Source of the DNA: Chitinophaga pinensis
GTDB taxonomy: Bacteria > Bacteroidota > Bacteroidia > NS11-12g > UBA9320
Assembly: GCA_945907065.1 (NCBI GenBank)
Contig: CAMDSC010000012.1
Span: 577 to 64,576, forward strand
Length of the DNA: 64,000 bases
Reading direction: 5' to 3'
This document shows positions 43,001 through 51,589 of this stretch, one piece after another (positions within the stretch are counted from its first letter, which is position 1; the number at the start of each line of letters is the position of its first letter). The notes beneath the pieces are model-generated. The model made no database searches, was not told where the DNA came from, and saw only the letters and a program-made list of their open reading frames with translations. A program made the position numbers and the translations under genes.

Positions 43001-43826
43001 TATTTGTTTTATCTATAACCTGAGGATTGGATAACTTACCAGTCAAATTATCGAAATCATATATTTCTATCCTACCAGAATTTCCATAATATTGATTACC
43101 CCCGTTTTGTTGGCCGGCAATTAGAGCTATTAACTTGGTACCATCCGGGGTAAACTTCATATACCCTTTTCCATACCCCCTAGCTCCTCCTCCTGTGCAA
43201 GCCCAAGTAGGACCTACTGCTGAAATAACAGGGGAACCAAGTCCGGTTGCATTCAACTTATAAGCATAAAATTTATTATCATCTCCAGTGTGGGATAGCA
43301 CCCAAGTATCCACCTTATTGGCATGCTTGATAGCGCATACCTTTTCGGCAGCTAAATTATTGGTAGTGGCTTTGCTAAGTAAAGGCACATTTTTAGTCAC
43401 CACTTGGCCCATTCCACCATTCAAAGAAGTATCTACAATTGAATATTGAAAACCATCGTTTCCCCATTCAGCGTCAGCTGTAAAAATCCAATACCTATTT
43501 GATCGCACCGGTTGCTGAACAATAATAGCACTTTGAGTGGAATTAACATCACCCTTTAAGCCTGTGCCATTCGACATACCGCCATGTGCCTTGGTCCACA
43601 CATTAACACCATTGGTATAAAAAAGCAACCTGCCTTTAGAGTCAGATATTGATGCTACACCATCTAGGGAGTTCATCACACCATTGGATTGTGCCACAGG
43701 TGCATTCGCTGTTCCATTAAAAGCAACACCTGCTTTATTTCCAAAATACCACCATGTGGCTTCCTTTTGGGCAAATGAATTAAGAGTTAAAATTGAAAAA
43801 AGTAGGAGTAAATAAGACCTTTTCAT
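40095..43826 (-). CDS. giant secreted adhesin-like protein with T9SS type-B (gliding-motility-associated / CHU_C) C-terminal domain
   Basis: signal peptide; N-terminal beta-propeller-like region; PKD motif (WNFGDPSTG); ~12 Ig-like repeats each with LGNDT..C.G; C-terminus FSPNGDNINDVW...VYNRWGEIIY matches type-B CTD. Confidence 0.75.
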   Translation of the reverse strand: MKRSYLLLLFSILTLNSFAQKEATWWYFGNKAGVAFNGTANAPVAQSNGVMNSLDGVASISDSKGRLLFYTNGVNVWTKAHGGMSNGTGLKGDVNSTQSAIIVQQPVRSNRYWIFTADAEWGNDGFQYSIVDTSLNGGMGQVVTKNVPLLSKATTNNLAAEKVCAIKHANKVDTWVLSHTGDDNKFYAYKLNATGLGSPVISAVGPTWACTGGGARGYGKGYMKFTPDGTKLIALIAGQQNGGNQYYGNSGRIEIYDFDNLTGKLSNPQVIDKTNIKSGVGNISSLYGMELSPNARYLYISFYLPSYIVGGSDGGDGLWQLDMLAGNANAIGASCIKVVNSFTTNSGGGMQLALDGKIYLTRGRLGSGSQYLSCIEKPNCTGTACSFVLNSVDLGSGRYAQWGIPTFINSFFNKSEFDFGSNAANLCEKASTKLFATDSAGVDSAVWNFGDPSTGVKNKAKGFVVYHTFSSAKTYSVFVQFYRKTASPDCYADTARKLLTIFPNPKVDLGNDTVICQGGEAVKVVNITNATYLWNDNSTVPAYIANKKGWHWLAAKVGGCTGTDSFYVDVIQYPKFKLGNDTLFCAGDSVMLTASKGEKYLWSLGDTTATAYAKKSGTIWVRAENKPGCYTYDTVVVATRAIPTLNIGKDTLLCLGDSVTLSAKTTTSKSYLWKGLTTDSILKVKATGLYWARIKDTMCYSTRDTVNVTFQSKASFSLGKDTSFCAGGFYLVNAALAGTKTWKWKDNSTLSTYKATTAGKQWVTVSNGTCEVSDTIDIKTYSIPAFTLGNDTTLCNGITFNAISSTLNNVEYTWMGSTVNYSYPITTTGKYYVDLRDLPKKVCKTSDTINVTFQSPVKINLGRDTILCVNQTIDLNVAKYAFKSYKWWDNATAPGIRKNATPAGGIHWVEGDDGICKSRDSIKVTYRPELFIPSLGADMQLCDNATWSLDITATNATVYEWETLIGAQLATTAKYTVNNPGGSFVGIISDGTCFKKDTVVIIYQATPIVNLGADIDVCNGVSPTLDASSAAALSYTWNTGASTPSISAPNQPKTLYWVKASNGNCTKGDSIWVYFSIPPVVDFGFTDSVFCESPNLSYDFSFYADNTTFTWLDGYNLPTRKIKTPGLYGVIAENRCGADTATVNITIDELGCQLHFPSVFSPNGDNINDVWKPMGQVLEWVELVVYNRWGEIIYKGDPNKGWNGKSGDTIVPDGVYPMTISYRKTTGGYPRLFVKNMILTVLR

Positions 43827-43874
43827 AATTGATATAAAGGTCGAAAATAATTAATAAATAAGTAACAAACAAGA

Positions 43875-45641
43875 TTAATCTATTCCTATAAGAAACGGCA
43901 CCCGTGCTTGTATTCCCGAGATTTTTGATAAGGATTGCAGTGTTTTGTGCAAAGTATAAAATTCTCCAAATTCTGCTTTCAAAGCTGCCTTGGTTTGCTC
44001 ATCCCCTGAAAACATTGTGAGTATTTCTTCATATTGGCTCTTTGGCTGAGGATATTCTACAATACGGTAGTCTTTAAGTTTGGCTTTCCATTTGGCTATG
44101 GCAACGGCTTTATCCATTCCGCCAAGCACATCTACCAAGTTTATTTCTTTACCTTGCTCGCCCGTCCACACTCTGCCTTGCCCAATAGAATCAACCATGT
44201 TCTTAGGCATATTGCGCCCTTTGGATACCCGTGTCAAAAATTTGTCATAAATATTTTCAACTAAATGCTGAATCACCTGATACTCAGCCGGAGTCAATGC
44301 TCTATCGATTCGGCCAAAATCTGAAAATTCACCAGTTTTTACATAATCATAGTTAATTCCAAGCTTGTCGTTCAGCAATTTTTGCATGTTGGGCAACAAC
44401 CCAAAAACACCAATACTTCCTGTTAAAGTATAAGGATGAGCCACAATGGTATCAGCAGGAGCAGCAATATAATACCCCCCAGATGCAGCCACTTCAGCCA
44501 TAGATACTATCAATGGTTTTTGGGCTTTTAATAATTCCAACTCACGCCAAATTACATCACTGGCTTGAGCACTTCCTCCCGGTGAATTGATACGAAGCAC
44601 TACTGCTTTTACTCTTTCATCTTCCCGCAGTTTGCGTATCATTTCCGAAAATTTTTCGCTACCTATTTGGTCTTTTTCGCCTTTGCCCATCACTATTTCA
44701 CCATCGGCATATACTACAGCTATTCTATCCTTGCCGCTTCCTTTTCGGTTTTTTAAAGTCTTTTTATATTTATCAAGAGTTATAAAACTAATATCTTTAG
44801 ATTTTTGATTTTTAATTCCAAGCCTATTTTGTATTTCCTGCAATACTTCATCCTTATAAAGTAGCTTATCAATCAATCCAAATTTCACAGCTTCTTCAGG
44901 AGTTTTGGCCAACCATTTATTAGCAATTTCATTTACTCGCGTTGGTGTTAAATTGCGACTAACTGCAATTTTATTTTCCAAGTTATTCATTATGGAATGT
45001 AAATATTCATCTATTTGCTTGCGGTTTTCTGGACTTAGTTTATCTAAAATAAATGGCTCAACAGCGCCTTTAAATTTACCATGACGAATCACTTGCATTT
45101 CTACTCCAAGTTTATCTAGAGCATTTTTAAAGAAAGTAACATTGGCCGAAAGACCATTGAACATCACTTCACCTTCTGGATTTAAAAATACCTTATCAGC
45201 TACAGAAGCAAGGTAGTATGTATTTTCATAGTAATAATCACCGTAGGCATATACAAATTTTCCTGATTTTTTAAAATCAAGAATGGCTTCTCTAATTTCT
45301 TCTATTTTGGCAAATCCGGCTCCTATAAAGTTTAGGTCTAAAAAAATACCTTTAATATTCGGGTCGGTTTTAGCATTTTGAATGGAAGCAACAGTTTCAT
45401 TTAATCCTACTGCTTTGCCAACATTGGGCGACATACCACCAAAAAGATTGAACGGTTTTTCTACATCCTGATCATCAATAGTATAGTTAAAACTGAGTTT
45501 CAAAACTGAATTTTTTTCAACTGTAACCTCATCATCCTTCGAAAAACTTGAAGCAACACCTATCATTACTAAAATGAAAAGGAAAAAAATAATAATGTAG
45601 GCAGTAATGGCTGCTAAAACGTATTTAAAAAATTGTCTCAT
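43875..45641 (-). CDS. sppA: signal peptide peptidase SppA, 67K type (protease IV)
   Basis: N-terminal TM, two ClpP/crotonase-like S49 domains (SMAEVAASGGYYIA with catalytic Ser; GLIDKL Lys region), 588 aa. Confidence 0.85.
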   Translation of the reverse strand: MRQFFKYVLAAITAYIIIFFLFILVMIGVASSFSKDDEVTVEKNSVLKLSFNYTIDDQDVEKPFNLFGGMSPNVGKAVGLNETVASIQNAKTDPNIKGIFLDLNFIGAGFAKIEEIREAILDFKKSGKFVYAYGDYYYENTYYLASVADKVFLNPEGEVMFNGLSANVTFFKNALDKLGVEMQVIRHGKFKGAVEPFILDKLSPENRKQIDEYLHSIMNNLENKIAVSRNLTPTRVNEIANKWLAKTPEEAVKFGLIDKLLYKDEVLQEIQNRLGIKNQKSKDISFITLDKYKKTLKNRKGSGKDRIAVVYADGEIVMGKGEKDQIGSEKFSEMIRKLREDERVKAVVLRINSPGGSAQASDVIWRELELLKAQKPLIVSMAEVAASGGYYIAAPADTIVAHPYTLTGSIGVFGLLPNMQKLLNDKLGINYDYVKTGEFSDFGRIDRALTPAEYQVIQHLVENIYDKFLTRVSKGRNMPKNMVDSIGQGRVWTGEQGKEINLVDVLGGMDKAVAIAKWKAKLKDYRIVEYPQPKSQYEEILTMFSGDEQTKAALKAEFGEFYTLHKTLQSLSKISGIQARVPFLIGID

Positions 45642-45777
45642 TGTCTAAATTGATAAATTGTTAATTTTAAAAAACCTTAAAGGTTTAAATTTATAGGGCA
45701 AAGTAAAGTGATGATTGATTGCCACAAATTTCTATATCGTTTAATTACAAATTTATTTCGGTAAAACACGAATCAAT

Positions 45778-45853
45778 TGTAGAGACGCAATATTTTGCTT
45801 CTCCATGATATATTCCTATAGAGAAGCAAAATATTGCGTCTCTACGTTTTTCT
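45778..45853 (+). repeat. perfect 25-bp inverted repeat (17-nt loop) followed by T-run, overlapping predicted hcp promoter
   Basis: gtagagacgcaatattttgcttctc - catgatatattcctata - gagaagcaaaatattgcgtctctac - gttttttct; read directly from sequence. Confidence 0.7.
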
Positions 45854-45904
45854 AAAAATCCTTATATTTGTTTAAATTATTTTAACCTTAAAAAAATAAA
45901 ATCT

Positions 45905-46411
45905 ATGGCACTAAACGCTTATTTAAAACTCAAAGGACAAAAACAGGGCGACATTAAAGGCTCGGTTACTCAAAAAGGTAGAGAAAACAAAATCATGGTA
46001 ATTGCAGTTAGTCATGAGGTGGTTTCACCAAGAGATATGGCTTCAGGATTACCTTCAGGCAAACGACAACACAAACCGTTTGTAATTACAAAAGAATTGG
46101 ATAAATCCAGCCCATTGCTTTATAAAGCGCTATGCACTAACGAAAATATTACCGAATGGGAATTGCAGTTTTGGACTACACAAATGACAGGAGCCATTGG
46201 TGGTGCAGGGATAGAGAGACAGCATTACACTGTAAAACTTACTAATGCAAAAATTTGTGATATAAAGTTTAGCATGCTAAATAATAAAAATCCTGATTTG
46301 ATGAGGTATGCCGAATATGAAGAGATAGCTTTTACTTATCAAAAAATAAGCTGGACAATTTTGGATGGTGGAATTACTGCTCAAGATGACTGGGAAGCAC
46401 CGATTGTTTAA
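45905..46411 (+). CDS. hcp: Hcp-family protein (type VI secretion tube protein TssD-like), orphan
   Basis: MALNAYLKLKGQKQGDIKGS...(Hcp N-terminal M-A-x-x-x-F/Y-L-K-I/L-x-G-x-KGE pattern), GKRQHKPFVITKELDKSSPLLYKALCTNE (Hcp core motif SF.K.(V)DK.SP.L..A...G), 168 aa; no other T6SS genes in window. Confidence 0.75.
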   Translation: MALNAYLKLKGQKQGDIKGSVTQKGRENKIMVIAVSHEVVSPRDMASGLPSGKRQHKPFVITKELDKSSPLLYKALCTNENITEWELQFWTTQMTGAIGGAGIERQHYTVKLTNAKICDIKFSMLNNKNPDLMRYAEYEEIAFTYQKISWTILDGGITAQDDWEAPIV

Positions 46412-46426
46412 ATTTTATATAAAAAA

Positions 46427-46457
46427 GCCCGATAAAATTATTTATCGGGCTTTTTTT
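46427..46457. terminator. bidirectional rho-independent terminator (hcp + / TonB-dependent receptor -)
   Basis: aaaaaa gcccgataaa atta tttatcgggc ttttttt. Confidence 0.7.
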
Positions 46458-46474
46458 ATTGAGAAAATTTTACC

Positions 46475-48685
46475 TTAGTAAGAATATCTTATTGCTAAAT
46501 AGAAGTTCCTTCCGGGAGCATTAATACCGGAAGCAAAAACACGGTACTGGGTATCCAAAATATTTTCGATACCACCTTGAACTACAAAATTATTAGGTAA
46601 TTTATAAGCTAATCTTAAGTTTAAAGTCATCCAAGCCGGAATGCCGCTTTTTGGCGCATATTGCTGATTATCTTCTCCACTGTTGGAATAATTTTTAATA
46701 TCCTTTTTACCATTAAAATTTACAATTCCCTCCCCAGTAAACTTATTGATTGTTTTACTATAACCTAAATTTGAGGTAATTGGGGCAATATGATCAAGTG
46801 GCTGATGGGTTGGGGTAGAAGTTATTGTCCCTTTAGTATAACTAAAATTCATATACAATTGTGAACCACCTGTAAGATTAGCAATCAGATTGGCTGAGTA
46901 TCCATAAATTATAGCCGTTTGCGAATTTTGATTAGCAAATACTTTACTCATCTGCCCATCATAAAGTATTGAATCATTTCCATTAAGTTTTGCTGGCCCT
47001 GTAGTAATGGCATTCTTAAAATTGGTGAACCAAACTGTAGTTTCGATTCGAATTGATTTTGTTGGTTTGTAACTAATTCCAATTTCATTGGTTAAAGTTT
47101 GCTCAGGATTTAAATCGGGATTTGGAACAATTACAATTCCTTTAGCAGTTTCAAATATTTTTGATAAATCATCAATATTAGGAACCCGATAGCCTGCAGA
47201 AACTTGGTAAGAAAGCTTTAAATTTTTTAAAGGATTATAAATAATGCCCGCATATGCCGAGCGGGTAATATTGGTTTGCTCTGTCGATGTTTGCGGTAAA
47301 TTAAAAAATGAATTATCAATAATGGTTGAATTAAGTTTTGAAATACCAATTCGTACCCCTTCGTTAAACGTCAGTTTTCCGGAAGGCAATTCAATGGTAT
47401 GTGTAAAATACAAGGCATTATGATTTAATGTGTTATTTCCGTTGGGATAGCGTGTATCTAAGGGCGTTTCAATCTCACTTTTTATATTGGTTTTTTTAGC
47501 GGTAGATATAAGTGTATTGGCTTGCCCGTCAAAACCAAACCTAAATTTATTCTTACTTGATCCTTTTTGAAAATCAAGATTATAACCAATTACCCCAACC
47601 TCTTCAATTCGTGTACTTAAATTATAACTACCAAAATTACGTGTAATCCGGCTTTCCTGAACTTTTTGACCACTTATCCCTAAGTGAATGAAGTTAAAAC
47701 CAAATTTATTTTTAAGATTTAAATCATATGCTACTAATGATCTGGTTTGAGGCCCATAATACCATTCAGCAAATTTTGGCTTACCACTGCTTAATTCAGA
47801 AAGTCTGTCGTACCTTGGAATATTGCTCGAATTTGAAAATTGAAAGTTTAATTGGTGCTCTATACTTTTATTTTGTTGGTATAAAAATTTTTGCAACAAA
47901 TCCACTTGGCTATAACCACTCTGGGTTTGTAAATATATATTACTGTTAGTTATAGTTGAATCTACTCCATTTAAATTTTGAGCATAAATGGTTCGCAAGC
48001 CATAGATGGAATCAAAAAAGACATTTTTACTCCTACCCATTTTCAAGTCTCTGAATTTGTTGTAGGTAATGGAAGTTAAACTGGCAAATTTTTTAAACCC
48101 CAAATTGAAATTCATATGTGTTGACACCCCATTATTTACTGAAGAAAAACGTTGCATCGCATTTACACTCAAGGTCTTTTTACCGGTTGCATCCAATTTT
48201 GGTTTTTTAGTCATAAAATGAATGGTTCCTCCCAAGGCATCACTTCCATATACCGTGGATGTAGGACCAAAGTAAACTTCCACTTTATCAAGTATACTGG
48301 GGTCGAGGGTTATAACACTTTGAAGATGCCCTCCCCTATATATTAAATTGTTCATTCTCACGCCATCTATTACCAATAATATTCTACTTGCTTCAAAACC
48401 TCTAATCACTGGACTTCCGCCACCTTGTTGGCTTTTTTGAACCAATATTTGTCCGGTATTTGACAGAATATCGGCACTTGTTTGAGGATTATCAAATTGA
48501 ATTTGTTTTGATGAAATTACTGAAATTTGCGCAGCAACTTGCCGCTTCATTTCTTCCGTTTTATTTACTGAAACAACTATTTCATCTAAATCAACCGATT
48601 TTTTTATACTATCCCTTACATCCGTTTGAGCTTTTAAGGATAACGTTACTAATACTATAATTATAAAAGTTATTGTAAAACGCAT
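46475..48685 (-). CDS. TonB-dependent outer-membrane receptor
   Basis: signal peptide, TonB box region (DLDEIVVSV), plug domain (SPVIRGFEASRILLVIDGVRMN), 22-strand-size barrel, C-terminal aromatic (AIRYSY). Confidence 0.8.
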   Translation of the reverse strand: MRFTITFIIIVLVTLSLKAQTDVRDSIKKSVDLDEIVVSVNKTEEMKRQVAAQISVISSKQIQFDNPQTSADILSNTGQILVQKSQQGGGSPVIRGFEASRILLVIDGVRMNNLIYRGGHLQSVITLDPSILDKVEVYFGPTSTVYGSDALGGTIHFMTKKPKLDATGKKTLSVNAMQRFSSVNNGVSTHMNFNLGFKKFASLTSITYNKFRDLKMGRSKNVFFDSIYGLRTIYAQNLNGVDSTITNSNIYLQTQSGYSQVDLLQKFLYQQNKSIEHQLNFQFSNSSNIPRYDRLSELSSGKPKFAEWYYGPQTRSLVAYDLNLKNKFGFNFIHLGISGQKVQESRITRNFGSYNLSTRIEEVGVIGYNLDFQKGSSKNKFRFGFDGQANTLISTAKKTNIKSEIETPLDTRYPNGNNTLNHNALYFTHTIELPSGKLTFNEGVRIGISKLNSTIIDNSFFNLPQTSTEQTNITRSAYAGIIYNPLKNLKLSYQVSAGYRVPNIDDLSKIFETAKGIVIVPNPDLNPEQTLTNEIGISYKPTKSIRIETTVWFTNFKNAITTGPAKLNGNDSILYDGQMSKVFANQNSQTAIIYGYSANLIANLTGGSQLYMNFSYTKGTITSTPTHQPLDHIAPITSNLGYSKTINKFTGEGIVNFNGKKDIKNYSNSGEDNQQYAPKSGIPAWMTLNLRLAYKLPNNFVVQGGIENILDTQYRVFASGINAPGRNFYLAIRYSY

Positions 48686-48800
48686 TATTTATTTTTTTTA
48701 AATGAATGAATAATACCCTCATTAACAGGGTATCGCAAAAAAAATTAACCATTATATTCCCTCTCTAAAAAAGGAATTACCAAATGGTATATTGAAATTT

Positions 48801-49361
48801 TTAAACTTTTTCTGGAGGAGGTACCGACGGTGCCGGGGTATTAAGGCTATAGATAGTATTATTAAACCAATAATACGAATTGCTTTTATTTATTTGATAA
48901 AATTCAATGAAACTAAAAGTATTTTCATGAAACAGCTTTTGATAAAAACTGACTAACCGCTTTTGATTTTCCTTATTTTGAGGGTTATTTCCTATAATAT
49001 CACCTATCAAATGTGCTAACTGTTTATTTAGTTTTGTTTCCTTATTATCCCACCAGCAAGTGTAAAGAATTGTATCACCCTTTACTATAGATTTTACAAC
49101 ATCATACATCTCACCTTCATACTCAAATTCCTTTGAATGTTTCCACTTTAAATTACTCTTAGTGTTAGATATTTTAAATTTCAGGATAATCAATTCTCTA
49201 TCATCCAATCCGGCAATCATTTGCTGTTTTACTTCTTTCTTAATTAATTTCACTTCATGCCGCAACCATATATAGGTTCCTGTAATAGGAGCTATAAGGC
49301 ATACTAAAAGAAATATGGAAATAAGCTTTTTCAAAAAATAAAATCTTGCAACATTAATCAA
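48801..49361 (-). CDS. hypothetical membrane-anchored protein
   Basis: single N-terminal TM (ISIFLLVCLIAPITGTYIWL), no recognisable domain; upstream of and co-directional with TonB-dependent receptor. Confidence 0.35.
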   Translation of the reverse strand: MINVARFYFLKKLISIFLLVCLIAPITGTYIWLRHEVKLIKKEVKQQMIAGLDDRELIILKFKISNTKSNLKWKHSKEFEYEGEMYDVVKSIVKGDTILYTCWWDNKETKLNKQLAHLIGDIIGNNPQNKENQKRLVSFYQKLFHENTFSFIEFYQINKSNSYYWFNNTIYSLNTPAPSVPPPEKV

Positions 49362-49439
49362 TCAAATTTTAAAAACACAACCGAATTTACAAATGGTCTG
49401 TTTAATCCAAACAAATGATAGTATTTTCGCTTTTGAAAA

Positions 49440-49600
49440 AACCGGTGAAAGGGAATCCCGTGAAATTCGGGGACAGTGCCCGCTGCTGTATATTCCACCA
49501 CAATGTTTTGCATACCTTAAAGCCACTGTTTTAGCCTAAAAGCAAAATGGGAAGGCTGCAAAAACATGGAATGAGTCAGAAAACCTGCCGTTTTTTTTAC
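49440..49600 (+). ncRNA. cobalamin (B12) riboswitch
   Basis: GGUGAAAGGGAAUCCCGUGAAAUUCGGG...GCCCGCUGCUGUA...AAAGCCACUG...UGGGAAGGC...GAGUCAGAAAACCUGCCG (B12 box rAGYCMGgAgaCCkGCC) then U-run; directly upstream of a TonB-dependent receptor. Confidence 0.8.
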
Positions 49601-49647
49601 AACTTTTTAAAAACGCTTTGCTTTCGGGAATAAAAGCAACGGTATTT

Positions 49648-51567
49648 ATGAACAGATATATAATTATCTCTTTTTTGTTCTCCCTTGGTTTGCCTGCCGC
49701 AGCGCAAAAGGATTCACTATGGAAAAAAAATCTAAAGGAAATTACCATAACTACTGACCGGGTTGAATTATACACCTTAGGAAACAGAATTGATAAACCC
49801 GACAGCCTTTTACAACGTATTTTTAAATCATCACCCATAGGTTCATTACTTGATGCCTCAAGTGGTTTGGTTATTCGTAGTTACGGGCCGGGAATATTGG
49901 CCACTTCATCCCTGAGGGGAGGAAATGCCCAACAAACTGCAATGTCCTGGAACGGATTATCAATCAACAGTCCTGTAAACGGATTGAGTGATTTAAATCT
50001 TATACCTTCCTTTTTATTTGACGGGATTTCTGTTTTACCGGGATTGGCCGGTAGCTTGCAAGGAAGTGGCGCTATTGGCGGTGGAATAAATTTAAACAAT
50101 TCTGCCTTAAAAAAAGAAGGATTTTCAGCCGAGCTAATGCAAACCGCTGGAAGTTTTGGAACTTATACAGGAGGGTTTAAATTTAATTATACAAAAAAGA
50201 AATGGAGCCATTCTGTAAAAGGTTTTTATTCAAAAACCAACAATAATTATTCATTTATAAACCGTGCCGAAGCTGGAAATCCAAAAGAAAATTTGACAAA
50301 TGCCGAAGGCAAAAATTATTCGGTTTTGCATCAAACTGCCTATCAATCCGCAAAGGCCGGAATTTTTAAAATTAACTATTGGGGAACCTTCGCCAATCGC
50401 CAAATACCTCCTACCCTATTGATGGAAAATACGACAGCCCGACAACTCGACAATATTCAAAAAACAATGGTACAATGGGACAAATCGTTTAAAAAAGTAA
50501 GTTTAAAATTTCATTCTCTATTTCAAAATGATTATTTAAAATACAGTGAAAAAGAGTTAGACATCAATTCCATCTCCAAGTCTATATTTATTACCAATGA
50601 TGCTGAATTGCGATTTAAAAGCTTTAAAAATTCTACCTCAAGCATTGGTGCTGTTCATTCGTTTACCAAAGCTAATGTAGCTAATGTTTTAAATACAGGA
50701 ACTACCACCTTAAATGAATCTGAAAGAAATCAAGTGGCATTTTGGGCAAGTCATTTTCATCAGATTGTTAAACTTAGAACCAGTATTTCAGCCAGCGTGA
50801 GGCAAGAATTGGTTGATACAAAATTTTTACCTTTAATTCCTGCACTTGGGTTTAAAACCCACCTTCATAAAACCCTTGATATTTATGGTCAAACAAGCAA
50901 GGTTTACAGAATTCCAACCTTAAACGACCTGAATTGGATTCCGGGAGGAAACCCTGAATTAAAACCAGAATCTGGATGGGCCAACGAACTTAGTGCCGAG
51001 TTAAATAAAAAAAATAAACAGCTTTATTTCACAACTTCTGTCACCGGATATAGCCGCCTTATTACCAATTGGATTCAGTGGCAACCGGTATCTTCGCAAA
51101 TTTGGAGTCCCATAAATATTGGTAAAGTAAACAGCCGTGGGCTGGAACTAAGAAGTACTCTAAAGATTAGTATTACCAATAAAATTTATAGCAAAACAGG
51201 TCTCAATTTTGATTATACCAAATCCGAAAATGTGGATGCCACTAACCCAAACTACAAAAAGCAGTTGCTCTATATCCCCTATTTTAAATCCTCAGGCTTT
51301 ATTGCCTTTGGGATAAAAAATACAGTTTTGCTCTTACAAGGAGTTTGGGTTGGTAAACGGTATACCGGTTCTGACAATTTAGATTCAATACCGCACTACG
51401 GCTTAATAAATTTAGCATTGAATCATAACTTAAACTTAAAAAAAACGAATGGCAATGCATTTTTAAGAGTTAATAATATTTTAAATAAAAGCTATGAAGC
51501 CATTGTTTGGCGGCCAATGCCGAGTATTAATTTTGAATTTGGAATAAATATATGTTTTAACAACTGA
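49648..51567 (+). CDS. btuB: TonB-dependent receptor, BtuB-like (cobalamin-riboswitch controlled)
   Basis: signal peptide MNRYIIISFLFSLGLPAAAQ (start set at ATG 49648 rather than TTG 49618), plug motif LRGGNAQQTAMSWNGLSIN, ~640 aa barrel; riboswitch context. Confidence 0.75.
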   Translation: MNRYIIISFLFSLGLPAAAQKDSLWKKNLKEITITTDRVELYTLGNRIDKPDSLLQRIFKSSPIGSLLDASSGLVIRSYGPGILATSSLRGGNAQQTAMSWNGLSINSPVNGLSDLNLIPSFLFDGISVLPGLAGSLQGSGAIGGGINLNNSALKKEGFSAELMQTAGSFGTYTGGFKFNYTKKKWSHSVKGFYSKTNNNYSFINRAEAGNPKENLTNAEGKNYSVLHQTAYQSAKAGIFKINYWGTFANRQIPPTLLMENTTARQLDNIQKTMVQWDKSFKKVSLKFHSLFQNDYLKYSEKELDINSISKSIFITNDAELRFKSFKNSTSSIGAVHSFTKANVANVLNTGTTTLNESERNQVAFWASHFHQIVKLRTSISASVRQELVDTKFLPLIPALGFKTHLHKTLDIYGQTSKVYRIPTLNDLNWIPGGNPELKPESGWANELSAELNKKNKQLYFTTSVTGYSRLITNWIQWQPVSSQIWSPINIGKVNSRGLELRSTLKISITNKIYSKTGLNFDYTKSENVDATNPNYKKQLLYIPYFKSSGFIAFGIKNTVLLLQGVWVGKRYTGSDNLDSIPHYGLINLALNHNLNLKKTNGNAFLRVNNILNKSYEAIVWRPMPSINFEFGINICFNN

Positions 51568-51589
51568 TTAAACTGATTGATTTGATATA

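Noticed and set aside
45778-45853. 25-bp inverted repeats as boundaries of an invertible (phase-variable) promoter or a MITE
   Set aside because: The arms are separated by only 17 nt, so it is a simple hairpin, not an invertible segment. No target-site duplication or second copy was seen in the window.
48686-48800. Possible riboswitch or leader upstream of TonB-dependent receptor 46475-48685 (hairpin accctgttaatgagggt)
   Set aside because: Only a short 5-bp hairpin. No TPP, SAM or cobalamin consensus elements could be matched on either strand.
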